Shown here: positions 33,664 to 42,658 of the stretch, one piece after another
How the letters are laid out: every line of letters starts with the position of its first letter
Numbering within the stretch: position 1 is the first letter of the stretch
Assembly (NCBI GenBank): GCA_046757685.1
Contig: JBHHYV010000003.1
Location: 2,847-66,846, forward strand
Direction of reading: 5' to 3'
Length of the DNA: 64,000 bases
Source of the DNA: Myxococcota bacterium
GTDB lineage: Bacteria; Myxococcota_A; UBA9160; SZUA-336
Notes under the pieces: generated by a model
Database searches by the model: none
What the model saw: only the letters and a program-made list of their open reading frames with translations
Told to the model about the DNA's origin: nothing
Program-made: the position numbers and the translations under genes

Positions 33664-35414
33664 CAGCGCCCGAGCGCCGCGGGTCCGGAGCCTCGCCGGG
33701 CATCGCGATCGGCCCCGCCTATGTGCTGCGTCGCGAGCGGTTGGTCATTCCCGAGTACCGCATCGAGCCCGAGCGGGTGGAGGCGGAGATCCAGAGGCTC
33801 GAGGCGGCCTTCGCGGAGGCCCGGCGCGATCTCGACGGCATCCGCCGGCAGATGCAGAGCACGGGGCTGGTGGGCGACGTCTTCGATGCGCAGTTCCTCT
33901 TTCTCGAGGACCCGACGCTGCTCGAGTCGGGTCGATCCCAGATTCGCGACTCGAGGGTGAACGCGGAGTGGGCGTTGCAGCGCGAGGGCCAGCAGCTCGA
34001 GGCCATGTTCCGAGCCGTGTCGGACCCCTACATCCGGGAGCGATCGAGCGACGTTCGGTTCATCCTGCGGCGCGTGCTGCGGGCGCTCCTGGGCCGCGAG
34101 CCCGAGGGACTCGGCAACGCTCCGGAAGGCGTCATCGTCGTGGCGGAGGATCTCTCCCCCGCCGAGATGGTCCAGGTCTCGCACGGCCGGATCGCTGCCG
34201 TCGTCACCGCCTCGGGATCGCAGACCTCCCACGTCATGATCATCGCGCGCAGCCTCCAGCTCCCCGCGGTCGTCGGGGCCGGCTCGGGGCTCGTCGCCGC
34301 AGTGACCGATGGCTGCCGACTGATCGTCGATGGCCGCCTCGGCCGGGTGCTGATCGATCCCGACGACTCGCTGGTCGCCTCCTACGAGCAGAAGCAGTCC
34401 GAGCTCGAGACCTACAAGAGCGGGCTGCTCCGCTACGCCAAGCTTCCCGCGGAGACGCACGACGGGGTCGAGGTCGGCTTGATGGCCAACGTCGACCTGA
34501 TCGAGGAGATCCCGGTCGCCCTGCGTCACGGGGCCGAGGGAATCGGCCTCTACCGGACCGAGTTCCTCTTTCTCAATCGCAGCTCGCTTCCGAGCGAGGA
34601 TGAGCAGGAGGCAGCCTATCGCGAGATCCTCGAGGCCGTAGCGCCCCGGCCGGCGGTCATCCGCACGCTGGACCTCGGCGGAGACAAGGCGCCCGGCGTC
34701 ATGGATCTGCAGCCCGAGGCGAATCCCGCCCTCGGGCTCCGCGGCGTGCGTCTCTCGCTCAAGCGTCCGGAGTTCTTTCGCACCCAGCTTCGGGCGATGC
34801 TGCGGGCCAGCCACCACGGTCGGCTGCGAATCCTGCTGCCGATGATCTCGCAGCTCGGGGAGCTGGAGTTCGCGCGCGAGCAGGTCGAGAAGGCGGCGGA
34901 GGAGGTCGGGCTCTCGGGTCTGGGAGAAGTCGAGCTCGGGGTGATGATCGAGACACCGGCCGCGGCGCTCATCGCCGATCTGATCACACCGCGCGTCGAC
35001 TTCCTGTCGATCGGCACCAACGACCTGCTGCAGTACAGCCTGGCCGTCGACCGCGGAAATCCACAGGTCTCCTATCTCTACGAGCCGCTGCACCCGAGCC
35101 ACCTGAGACTGATCGAGCAGGTCAGCCGAGCCGCCCGAACCGCCGGGATCCGGCTCGGCATGTGCGGCGAGATGGCGGGCGATCCCGCCCACGCCTGGAT
35201 CCTGTTGGCGCTCGGCGTCGGTGAGCTCTCGATGACCGCATTCGCGATCCCCCTGCTCAAGAAGATCCTGCGGGACTCGACGCTCGCCGAGGCCCGCGAG
35301 CTGCTGACCGAGGTGCGGCGCTGTGGCACCGCCGCCGAGTCGCGGGCGCGGGTCGAGGCGGTGATGGCGCGCCGCTTCCCGGCGGAGTTCGACCACATCG
35401 CCGCCGGCCCCTAG
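33660..35414 (+). CDS. ptsI: Phosphoenolpyruvate-protein phosphotransferase (Enzyme I)
   Basis: GIAIGPAYVL N-terminus, SGSQTSHVMIIARSL (phosphohistidine region), PEP-utiliser TIM barrel with LSIGTNDLLQY and GMCGEMAGDP. Confidence 0.95.
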   Translation: MTAPERRGSGASPGIAIGPAYVLRRERLVIPEYRIEPERVEAEIQRLEAAFAEARRDLDGIRRQMQSTGLVGDVFDAQFLFLEDPTLLESGRSQIRDSRVNAEWALQREGQQLEAMFRAVSDPYIRERSSDVRFILRRVLRALLGREPEGLGNAPEGVIVVAEDLSPAEMVQVSHGRIAAVVTASGSQTSHVMIIARSLQLPAVVGAGSGLVAAVTDGCRLIVDGRLGRVLIDPDDSLVASYEQKQSELETYKSGLLRYAKLPAETHDGVEVGLMANVDLIEEIPVALRHGAEGIGLYRTEFLFLNRSSLPSEDEQEAAYREILEAVAPRPAVIRTLDLGGDKAPGVMDLQPEANPALGLRGVRLSLKRPEFFRTQLRAMLRASHHGRLRILLPMISQLGELEFAREQVEKAAEEVGLSGLGEVELGVMIETPAAALIADLITPRVDFLSIGTNDLLQYSLAVDRGNPQVSYLYEPLHPSHLRLIEQVSRAARTAGIRLGMCGEMAGDPAHAWILLALGVGELSMTAFAIPLLKKILRDSTLAEARELLTEVRRCGTAAESRARVEAVMARRFPAEFDHIAAGP

Positions 35415-35557
35415 CCAGCCGCCCCTCCCCGCGGCCCTCCGGGAGCCTGAAGTGACCCTCTCCCCCCTTCCCCCGCCCGGGGGACGCCGGGTAGAAGCGG
35501 GCTCCCCGACGGGCTGCTAGATTGCCGGGCCTGCGCGTACCGCGGGGAGAGGTCTCG

Positions 35558-36721
35558 ATGTCTCGATCTCTATTCACCTCGGAATCGGTCTCGATGGGCC
35601 ATCCGGACAAGCTCGCAGATCAGATCTCGGACGGGATCCTCGATGCCTTTCTCGAGCGTGATCCCCTGAGCCGCGTCGCCTGCGAGACGCTCGTGAAGAC
35701 GGGCTTCGTGGTGGTCGCGGGAGAGGTCTCGAGCGAGGCCTACGTCGACATTCCCGGCGTCGTGCGCCAGGCGATCCTCGACGTGGGCTACGACCACTCG
35801 GAGTACGGGCTCGACGGTGCCAACTGCGGGGTCCTCGTCGCCCTCGAGGAGCAGTCCCGCGACATCGCCGCGGGCGTCGACGAGGGAGAGGGACTCTACA
35901 AGGAGCAGGGCGCGGGCGATCAGGGGATGATGTTCGGGTTCGCCTGCGACGAGACCGATACCCTGATGCCGCTGCCGATCATGCTGGCCCACACCCTGGT
36001 CGAGCGTCAGGCGCAGCTGCGCTACTCCGGGGAGCTCGACTTTCTCCGCCCCGACGCCAAGTCGCAGGTCACCGTGGAGTACCGGGACGGCCGGCCCGCC
36101 CGGATCGATGCCGTCGTCGTCTCGACCCAGCACGGACCCGACATCTCGCATGACGAGCTGCGGCGAGAGGTTCTCGAGCGGATCATCCGTCCCAGCATCC
36201 CGGTGAGCCTCCTGGATGCCGACACCCGCATCTGGGTCAACCCCACGGGACGCTTCGTGATCGGGGGGCCCGCCGGCGATGCCGGGGTGACCGGGCGCAA
36301 GATCATCGTCGACACCTACGGGGGCATGGGCCGGCACGGAGGCGGGGCCTTCTCGGGCAAGGATCCGACCAAGGTCGACCGCTCCGCGGCCTACGCCGCC
36401 CGCTGGGTGGCCAAGAACCTGGTGGCCGCGGGAGCCGCTCGCCGCGTCGAGGTCCAGCTCTCCTACGCGATCGGGGTGGCGGATCCAGTCTCGATCCAGG
36501 TCGACAGCTTCGGGACCGGTCGCGTCGGCGAGGAGGCAATGGCCAGTGCGGTTCGCAAGCGCTTCGACCTGACGCCGAAGGGAATCATCGACACCCTCGA
36601 CCTGCGCCGGCCCATCTATCGCAAGACCGCGGCGCACGGGCACTTTGGTCGAGAGGCGCCGGAGTTCACCTGGGAGAAGACCGAGCGCGCCGAGACCCTG
36701 CGCCGGGATCTGCACCTCTAG
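35558..36721 (+). CDS. metK: S-adenosylmethionine synthetase
   Basis: [33 protein letters not shown] and [19 protein letters not shown]. Confidence 0.95.
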   Translation: MSRSLFTSESVSMGHPDKLADQISDGILDAFLERDPLSRVACETLVKTGFVVVAGEVSSEAYVDIPGVVRQAILDVGYDHSEYGLDGANCGVLVALEEQSRDIAAGVDEGEGLYKEQGAGDQGMMFGFACDETDTLMPLPIMLAHTLVERQAQLRYSGELDFLRPDAKSQVTVEYRDGRPARIDAVVVSTQHGPDISHDELRREVLERIIRPSIPVSLLDADTRIWVNPTGRFVIGGPAGDAGVTGRKIIVDTYGGMGRHGGGAFSGKDPTKVDRSAAYAARWVAKNLVAAGAARRVEVQLSYAIGVADPVSIQVDSFGTGRVGEEAMASAVRKRFDLTPKGIIDTLDLRRPIYRKTAAHGHFGREAPEFTWEKTERAETLRRDLHL

Positions 36722-36730
36722 GAGCCCCAC

Positions 36731-38176
36731 ATGGAAGATGGCAGCTGGTATCGGATCGCCGACCTGAGCCTCGCCGACTTCGGTCGGCGCGAGATCCGCC
36801 TGGCCGAGCAGGAGATGCCCGGCCTGATGGCGCTGCGCGCGCGCTATGCGGAGTCCCAGCCCCTCGCGGGCGCTCGGGTCATGGGCAGCCTGCACATGAC
36901 CGTGCAGACGGCGGTCCTGATCGAGACCCTGAAGGCCCTGGGCGCCGACCTGCGCTGGGTGAGCTGCAACATCTTCTCGACCCAGGACCATGCCGCGGCC
37001 GCGGTCGTGGTGGGCCTCGACGGCACTCCCGAAGATCCGCGCGGGGTGCCGGTCTTCGCCTGGAAGGGGGAGACCCTCGAGCAGTACTGGGAGTGCACGG
37101 ATCGCGCGCTGCGCTGGCCGGACGACCGGGGCCCCCAGCTGATCGTCGACGATGGGGGCGATGCCACGCTGCTGGTCCACAAGGGAGCGGAGTTCGAGGA
37201 GGACGGCAAGGTCCCCGAGTTCGACCCGGAGTCCGACTCCCGGGAGTGGGGGGTCATCCTCGATCTGCTGCGCAGCGAGCATGCCCGGGATCCACGTCGC
37301 TGGAGGCGGGTCGCCGCCGACATCGGCGGCGTGAGCGAGGAGACCACCACCCGCGTGCACCGGCTCTACCAGATGGAGAGGGAAGAGAAGCTTCGCTTCC
37401 CGGCGATCAACGTCAACGACTCGGTGACCAAGAGCAAGTTCGACAACATCTACGGCTGTCGCCACTCCCTGCTGGACGGCCTGAACCGGGCGACGGATGT
37501 CATGCTCGGCGGGAAGGTCGCCGTGGTCTGCGGCTTCGGAGAGGTCGGGAAGGGCTGTGCCTCGGCGCTCCGCGGACAGGGCTGTCGGGTGCTGATCACC
37601 GAAGCCGATCCCATCTGCGCCCTGCAGGCGGCCATGGAGGGCTACCAGGTGGTGCGGCTCGACGACGCCGTCGAGACGGCCGACCTGTTCATCAGTGCCA
37701 CTGGAAACTACAACGTGATCCGGGTCGACCACATGGCCCGCATGAAGGACAAGGCGATCGTCGGAAACATCGGGCACTTCGACAACGAGGTCGACATGGC
37801 CGGGCTCGAGGCCACGCCGGGCATCGAGCGGATCCCGATCAAGCCGCAGTACGACGAGTGGCGCTTTCCCGACGGCCACAGCGTGATGATCCTGGCGGAG
37901 GGGCGGCTGCTGAACCTGGGCTGCGCGACGGGGCACCCGAGCTTCGTCATGTCGGCGTCGTTCACCAACCAGGTGCTGGCACAGATCGAGCTCTGGACCC
38001 ATCGCGAGGAGTACGCGCGCTCGGTCTACGTGCTTCCCAAGCGGCTCGACGAAGAGGTGGCTCGCCTGCATCTCGAGGCCCTGGGTGTTCGCCTGACCGA
38101 GCTGACCCCCCAGCAGGCCGAGTACATCGGGGTTCCGGTCGAGGGGCCCTACAAGCCCGACCACTACCGGTACTAG
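36731..38176 (+). CDS. ahcY: Adenosylhomocysteinase
   Basis: 481 aa; Rossmann [10 protein letters not shown]; HFDNE; C-terminal [10 protein letters not shown]. Confidence 0.95.
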   Translation: MEDGSWYRIADLSLADFGRREIRLAEQEMPGLMALRARYAESQPLAGARVMGSLHMTVQTAVLIETLKALGADLRWVSCNIFSTQDHAAAAVVVGLDGTPEDPRGVPVFAWKGETLEQYWECTDRALRWPDDRGPQLIVDDGGDATLLVHKGAEFEEDGKVPEFDPESDSREWGVILDLLRSEHARDPRRWRRVAADIGGVSEETTTRVHRLYQMEREEKLRFPAINVNDSVTKSKFDNIYGCRHSLLDGLNRATDVMLGGKVAVVCGFGEVGKGCASALRGQGCRVLITEADPICALQAAMEGYQVVRLDDAVETADLFISATGNYNVIRVDHMARMKDKAIVGNIGHFDNEVDMAGLEATPGIERIPIKPQYDEWRFPDGHSVMILAEGRLLNLGCATGHPSFVMSASFTNQVLAQIELWTHREEYARSVYVLPKRLDEEVARLHLEALGVRLTELTPQQAEYIGVPVEGPYKPDHYRY

Positions 38177-38187
38177 GTCGCGCCCCC

Positions 38188-39090
38188 GTGTGTGCCACGA
38201 GGCTCTCGATCGCGGGTGTGAGCGTCGCGCTCGCCCTCTTCGCGCTGCCGGCGATGGCCGGGAAGGACCTGCGGGTTCGCGTCCGGACCGAGACCGGGAT
38301 CGTTTCGATTCCCCTCGAGGTCTACGTCGAGCGGGTGGTGGCCGCGGAGACCTACGCCGACTGGCCGGCGGAAGCCCTGAAGGCGCAGGCGGTGGTGGCG
38401 CGGAGCTACGTGCTGCACGAGAAGGCCCGAAATGCCGGCGGCTCCTACGACGTCGTCGATAGCGTCCGATCGCAGCGCTACCGCGCGACGCCGGTGCCCG
38501 CCACGATCCGGGCCGCCGTGGCGGCCACGCGCGGATGGATGCTCACGCACGAGGGGCGTCCGATCCTGGCTGCCTTCCACGCCTCGGCCGGGGGACGTAC
38601 GGCCTCGGCGGCCGAGGTCTGGGGCGAGGCCGTCTCGTACCTGCGGGGGGTCCCCTCGCCGGACGATGGCGCTCCCGACTTCTTCTGGAGCTTCGAGATC
38701 GCGCGGGCCGACCTGGTCGCCGCCCTCACTGCTCGCGGATTCCAGGCGCGCATCGACGGGGAGTTTGGGGTTCTCGAGCGCGGCCCCAGTGGCCGTGTGC
38801 GTACGCTTCGGCTGGGCGGCGCGCCGGTCGAAGGTCGCACGCTGCGTCGGATCCTCGGCGGGCGGGCGCTCCGGAGTACGCTCTTCGAGCTGCGCGTCGA
38901 GGGGGACCGCATCCAGTTCCTCGGGAGCGGCTCGGGACATGGGGTCGGCCTCTCGCAGTGGGGCACCCGTGCGCTCGCGCAGCGTGGCAAGAGCTACCGC
39001 GAGATCCTGGCGCACTACTACCCGGGCACCCACCTCGTTCGCGTCGCCGGGGCAGGCGAGGGCCCGCGAGTCGCGGGGCGAGCTCGATGA
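38188..39090 (+). CDS. SpoIID/LytB-domain protein (amidase enhancer-like), secreted
   Basis: Signal peptide, then the SpoIID pattern (ARSYVLHE...AAFHASAGGRTASAAEVWG...GHGVGLSQWG). The GTG start is approximate. Confidence 0.75.
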   Translation: MCATRLSIAGVSVALALFALPAMAGKDLRVRVRTETGIVSIPLEVYVERVVAAETYADWPAEALKAQAVVARSYVLHEKARNAGGSYDVVDSVRSQRYRATPVPATIRAAVAATRGWMLTHEGRPILAAFHASAGGRTASAAEVWGEAVSYLRGVPSPDDGAPDFFWSFEIARADLVAALTARGFQARIDGEFGVLERGPSGRVRTLRLGGAPVEGRTLRRILGGRALRSTLFELRVEGDRIQFLGSGSGHGVGLSQWGTRALAQRGKSYREILAHYYPGTHLVRVAGAGEGPRVAGRAR

Positions 39091-39449
39091 ACCCGGAGCT
39101 GGGAGTTCAGCTGGCGCAAGCCGTCCCGCAGGCGTCGGGGGGAACCCCGGGCCTGCAGCTCATGCTCCTGGTCGGGGGCATGTTCGTCCTGATGTGGGCC
39201 CTCCTGATCCGGCCTCAGCAGCGCCAGCAGAAGGAGCATCGCAAGATGCTCGAGGAGATTCGCCGCGGCGACCAGGTCGTGACCAGTGGGGGCCTGCACG
39301 GGCGGGTGACGGGCGTGACCGACGAGGTCCTGACCCTCGAGATCGCGGACCGCGTACGCGTCCGGGTCAGCCGCAGCTCCATCGCAAGCCGGCGGGCAGC
39401 GGGGGGTGAGGCCGGAGGCGCGAAGTCGACGAGGGAGAAGTCCGCGTGA
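39087..39449 (+). CDS. yajC: Preprotein translocase subunit YajC
   Basis: LQLMLLVGGMFVLMWALLIRPQQRQQKEHRKMLEEIRRGDQVVTSGGLHGRVTGV. Confidence 0.9.
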   Translation: MNPELGVQLAQAVPQASGGTPGLQLMLLVGGMFVLMWALLIRPQQRQQKEHRKMLEEIRRGDQVVTSGGLHGRVTGVTDEVLTLEIADRVRVRVSRSSIASRRAAGGEAGGAKSTREKSA

Positions 39450-41014
39450 GCCTGCGGACCCGCTGCATCTGGGTGGGAGCCGTCGTCGTCCTCTCGCTCT
39501 GGCTGGCGTTTCCCAGCTTCTACACCCCTGCCGAGCGGAGCGAGACCGCTTGGATCCCCGATGAAGGGGTGAACCTGGGCCTGGATCTACAGGGGGGGAT
39601 CCACTGGCTGCTCCGGATCGATACCGAGACCGCCGTCAAGCAGGAGCTCGAGGCGACCCGGGGACAGATCCAGGAGGCGGTCCAGAAGGCGGGAGACACG
39701 GCCGACGTCGAGATCGATCCCAAGGCCGGGGAGCTGCGGGTCACTGGAGACGCCTCCGCGCTCGAGGCGGCGGACAAGCTCCTCGCCAGTGGAGGGACCT
39801 ACGAGCGCGGCGCTCCAGCGTCGGGAGGCCGGGTCTTCCGGCTGACGTCGGCCTGGCGCTCGCAGATCCTCAAACGCGGGGTCTCGCAGGCCCAGGAGGT
39901 CCTGCGCCGGCGCGTCGACGCCCTCGGCGTGACCGAGCCGGTGATCGCTCCCCAGGGAGAGGGCCGGATCCTCGTCCAGATGCCGGGAGAGATCGACCCG
40001 AAGCGCGCCCGGGGCATTCTGGAGAGCACGACCTTCCTCGAGTTCAAGCCCGTCCTCGACGCGGCGCCGAACGCGGAGCTGCTGCGGGCGCGCTACCCGA
40101 ACGGGATCCCGGAGGACTCCGAGATCGTGACTGCGCGAAACGACGTGGGCGACGTCACCGAGGCCTTCGTCGTTCCGCGGGCCGCGGTGCTGACCGGCTC
40201 CATGCTCGAGGATGCCCGCCTCAACTTCGACCGGCGCAACAGCCCGATCGTGACCTTCCAGTGGAACCTCGAGGGAACGCGGCTCTTCCGGGAGTTCACG
40301 CGGACGCACATCAACAAGCGACTCGCCGCGATCATCGACGGTCGCGTCGTGACGGCGCCCGTGATCCGGACCGAGATCGGTCGCCGGGGCCAGATCGAGG
40401 GTAGCTTCACCCAGCAGGAGGCCGCGGACCTGGCGGTCTCGCTGCGATCGGGGGCCCTCCCGATTCCGCTGATCGTGGAGCAGGAGCGGAGCGTCGGGCC
40501 CGCCCTCGGCGCGGACTCGATCCGCCGCGGTGTGGTCTCGATTCTGGTGGGAGGTGCCGCGGTCGTCCTCTTCATGGTCACCTACTACCAGACGGCGGGC
40601 GCCATCTCGGTCGCCGCCCTGGCCGTCAACCTCGCCTTGATCCTGGCGATCATGGGTCTGGCGCACGCGACCCTGACGCTTCCTGGCATCGCGGGCCTGG
40701 TGCTGACCATCGGAATGGCCGTCGATGCCAACGTGATCATCTTCGAGCGGATACGCGAGGAGCTGCGGGAGGGCCGGAACCTGCGGACCTCGGTCCAGAT
40801 CGGGTTCCAGCGCTCCACGCTCACGATCCTCGACGCCAACATCACCACGATGATCGCCGCCATCGTGCTCTACCAGTTCGGCCAGGGACCGGTCCAGGGG
40901 TTCGGCGTGACGCTGGGGATCGGGATCCTGGCGAGTGTGTTCACCGCGCTCGTCGTGACTCGCCTCCTGGTCGACCTGATCCTGGTGCGCTGGCCGCAGA
41001 GGCTTCGCGTCTGA
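39446..41014 (+). CDS. secD: Protein translocase subunit SecD
   Basis: 522 aa; periplasmic domain plus a C-terminal 6-TM bundle; LGLDLQGG motif. Confidence 0.95.
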   Translation: MSLRTRCIWVGAVVVLSLWLAFPSFYTPAERSETAWIPDEGVNLGLDLQGGIHWLLRIDTETAVKQELEATRGQIQEAVQKAGDTADVEIDPKAGELRVTGDASALEAADKLLASGGTYERGAPASGGRVFRLTSAWRSQILKRGVSQAQEVLRRRVDALGVTEPVIAPQGEGRILVQMPGEIDPKRARGILESTTFLEFKPVLDAAPNAELLRARYPNGIPEDSEIVTARNDVGDVTEAFVVPRAAVLTGSMLEDARLNFDRRNSPIVTFQWNLEGTRLFREFTRTHINKRLAAIIDGRVVTAPVIRTEIGRRGQIEGSFTQQEAADLAVSLRSGALPIPLIVEQERSVGPALGADSIRRGVVSILVGGAAVVLFMVTYYQTAGAISVAALAVNLALILAIMGLAHATLTLPGIAGLVLTIGMAVDANVIIFERIREELREGRNLRTSVQIGFQRSTLTILDANITTMIAAIVLYQFGQGPVQGFGVTLGIGILASVFTALVVTRLLVDLILVRWPQRLRV

Positions 41015-41940
41015 TGCGACTGGTGCCGGCGGGGACCCAGATCGACTTCGTGGGGCAGAGCCACGTCTTCGCCCTCCTCTCGCTCGGGGTCTGCCTCTCG
41101 GTCGTCCTCTTGATCGGGGTGAAGGGCCTGAACTTCGGAATCGACTTCGCGGGCGGTACGGTCGTACAGGTCGCCATCCCGCAGGCGTCGGGTGCCGTCG
41201 ACGAGGGTCGGCTGCGCAGCGTCGTGGCGGATGCGGGCTTCGCCGACTCCCAGATCGTTCGCTACGGCGCTCCCGAGGACCGCGCGTTCCTGATCAGCCT
41301 ACCGACGTCGGAGGAGGAGACGAAGGGGCTCGTTCCTCACGTCATCGATGCGCTCAGCAAGGCGCTCGGTGCGCCGGTGGTCCCCGAACGCATCGAGTCG
41401 ATCGGGCCGCGCGTGGGGGTGGAGCTGCGCCGTGCGGGGGTGGAGGCGCTTCTCCTCTCGTGGCTCCTGATCCTGGTCTACCTCTGGTTCCGCTTCGACG
41501 TTCGCTACGCGCCCGGAGCCGTCGTCGCGCTCATCCACGACGTCCTGATCACCGCCGGTGTCTTCGTGCTCTTCGGGAGGGAGTTCAACCTCCAGGTCCT
41601 GGCGGCCCTGCTGGTGGTGATCGGCTACTCGCTGAACGACACCATCGTCATCTACGACCGGATCCGCGAGAACCTGGGGCTGCGGGGCGCGACCCACCTG
41701 GAAGAGGTCGTCAACATGAGCATCAACCAGACCCTCTCCCGGACCCTGCTGACCTCGATCACGACCCTGCTGGTGATCGTGGCCCTGCTCACCCTGGGCG
41801 GGCCGGTGATCCAGGACTTCGCCCTGGCGCTGCTGATCGGCGTGACGGTGGGAACCTACTCGACGATCTACGTCGCCAGTGCCCTGCTGATCTGGATCGA
41901 GCGCCGCTACGGGGCTTCGCTCAAGGCTCGCGCCTCGTAG
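41014..41940 (+). CDS. secF: Protein translocase subunit SecF
   Basis: 308 aa; GLNFGIDFAGGT and the C-terminal TM bundle. Confidence 0.95.
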   Translation: MRLVPAGTQIDFVGQSHVFALLSLGVCLSVVLLIGVKGLNFGIDFAGGTVVQVAIPQASGAVDEGRLRSVVADAGFADSQIVRYGAPEDRAFLISLPTSEEETKGLVPHVIDALSKALGAPVVPERIESIGPRVGVELRRAGVEALLLSWLLILVYLWFRFDVRYAPGAVVALIHDVLITAGVFVLFGREFNLQVLAALLVVIGYSLNDTIVIYDRIRENLGLRGATHLEEVVNMSINQTLSRTLLTSITTLLVIVALLTLGGPVIQDFALALLIGVTVGTYSTIYVASALLIWIERRYGASLKARAS

Positions 41941-41990
41941 GAGGGCGCGAGCGGCGGCGGCTGGGAAGGGAAGAGCTGCCCCTCCCGCGC

Positions 41991-42551
41991 TCAGCTAGCG
42001 GCCTTGGGCACCGCCTCGATCTTCGGCTTGGCGCCGCCGGCGGAGCGGCGTTCCGGCTCGCTCGCGGTCGCCGCTCGTGGCTTCATCCCCACGGTCCCAT
42101 TGATCACTGCGCCTTCGTGCACCAGCAGCCGGGGTGCGCTCAGGTCGCCCTGAAGCCGGCCCGTATCGCAGATCTCGACGCGTTCGGTCGCGGTGACGTT
42201 GCCCACGACACGGCCGATGATGGTGACCTGCTTGGCCGTGATCTCGGCCTGGATCTCGCCGTTGGGCCCGATCGTCAGGTGGTGGCTGTCGAGAGAGATG
42301 CGCCCTTCGACGCGTCCCTCGATCACCAGGTCCTCCTGCCCCGAGACGTCGCCCTTGATGGCGATCGACTTGCCAATATTCGCCACGATTCCCCCTTCCT
42401 GTCGGCGGGTCTGCTCTTCCAGCGAGCGGCGGGTCCGCTCCTCGAGCCTCGCGCCAGCCGGAGATTCTACCGATGGATCCGGCCGCCGTATGAGCGTACT
42501 CGAATGCACCCGCTTCCCAGGATCTCCACCCAAGTTCTTCCAGAAGCTCAT
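41991..42551 (-). CDS. Bactofilin (DUF583) cytoskeletal protein
   Basis: 186 aa: MSFWKNLG... then bactofilin beta-helical repeats (IAIKGDVSGQEDLVIEGRVEGRISL...TIIGRVVGNVTATERVEICDTGRLQGDL). Confidence 0.8.
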   Translation of the reverse strand: MSFWKNLGGDPGKRVHSSTLIRRPDPSVESPAGARLEERTRRSLEEQTRRQEGGIVANIGKSIAIKGDVSGQEDLVIEGRVEGRISLDSHHLTIGPNGEIQAEITAKQVTIIGRVVGNVTATERVEICDTGRLQGDLSAPRLLVHEGAVINGTVGMKPRAATASEPERRSAGGAKPKIEAVPKAAS

Positions 42552-42658
42552 TTCCGTTCCCTCGACCCTGCGGCCTTCTTCCCAGTGTCTTCCGTGACGC
42601 ATATCACACTCCGCGCGCCTCCCAAAGTGGACCGCGCGGAGGTCCGATGCCCGTCGGC

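Noticed and set aside
35415-35557. Possible SAM riboswitch upstream of metK
   Set aside because: The 143-nt leader is pyrimidine/GC-rich. It lacks the conserved SAM-I (GAGGGA...kink-turn) or SAM-II elements on inspection; a covariance-model search would be needed to be sure.
35570-38164. 864-aa minus-strand ORF antisense to metK/ahcY
   Set aside because: Antisense to two of the most conserved enzymes in the window; artefact.
41941-41990. GGGAAGGGAAGAGCTGCCCCTCCC imperfect palindrome between convergent secF and the bactofilin gene
   Set aside because: Imperfect stem without flanking T/A tracts; could be a bidirectional terminator but cannot be supported from sequence alone.
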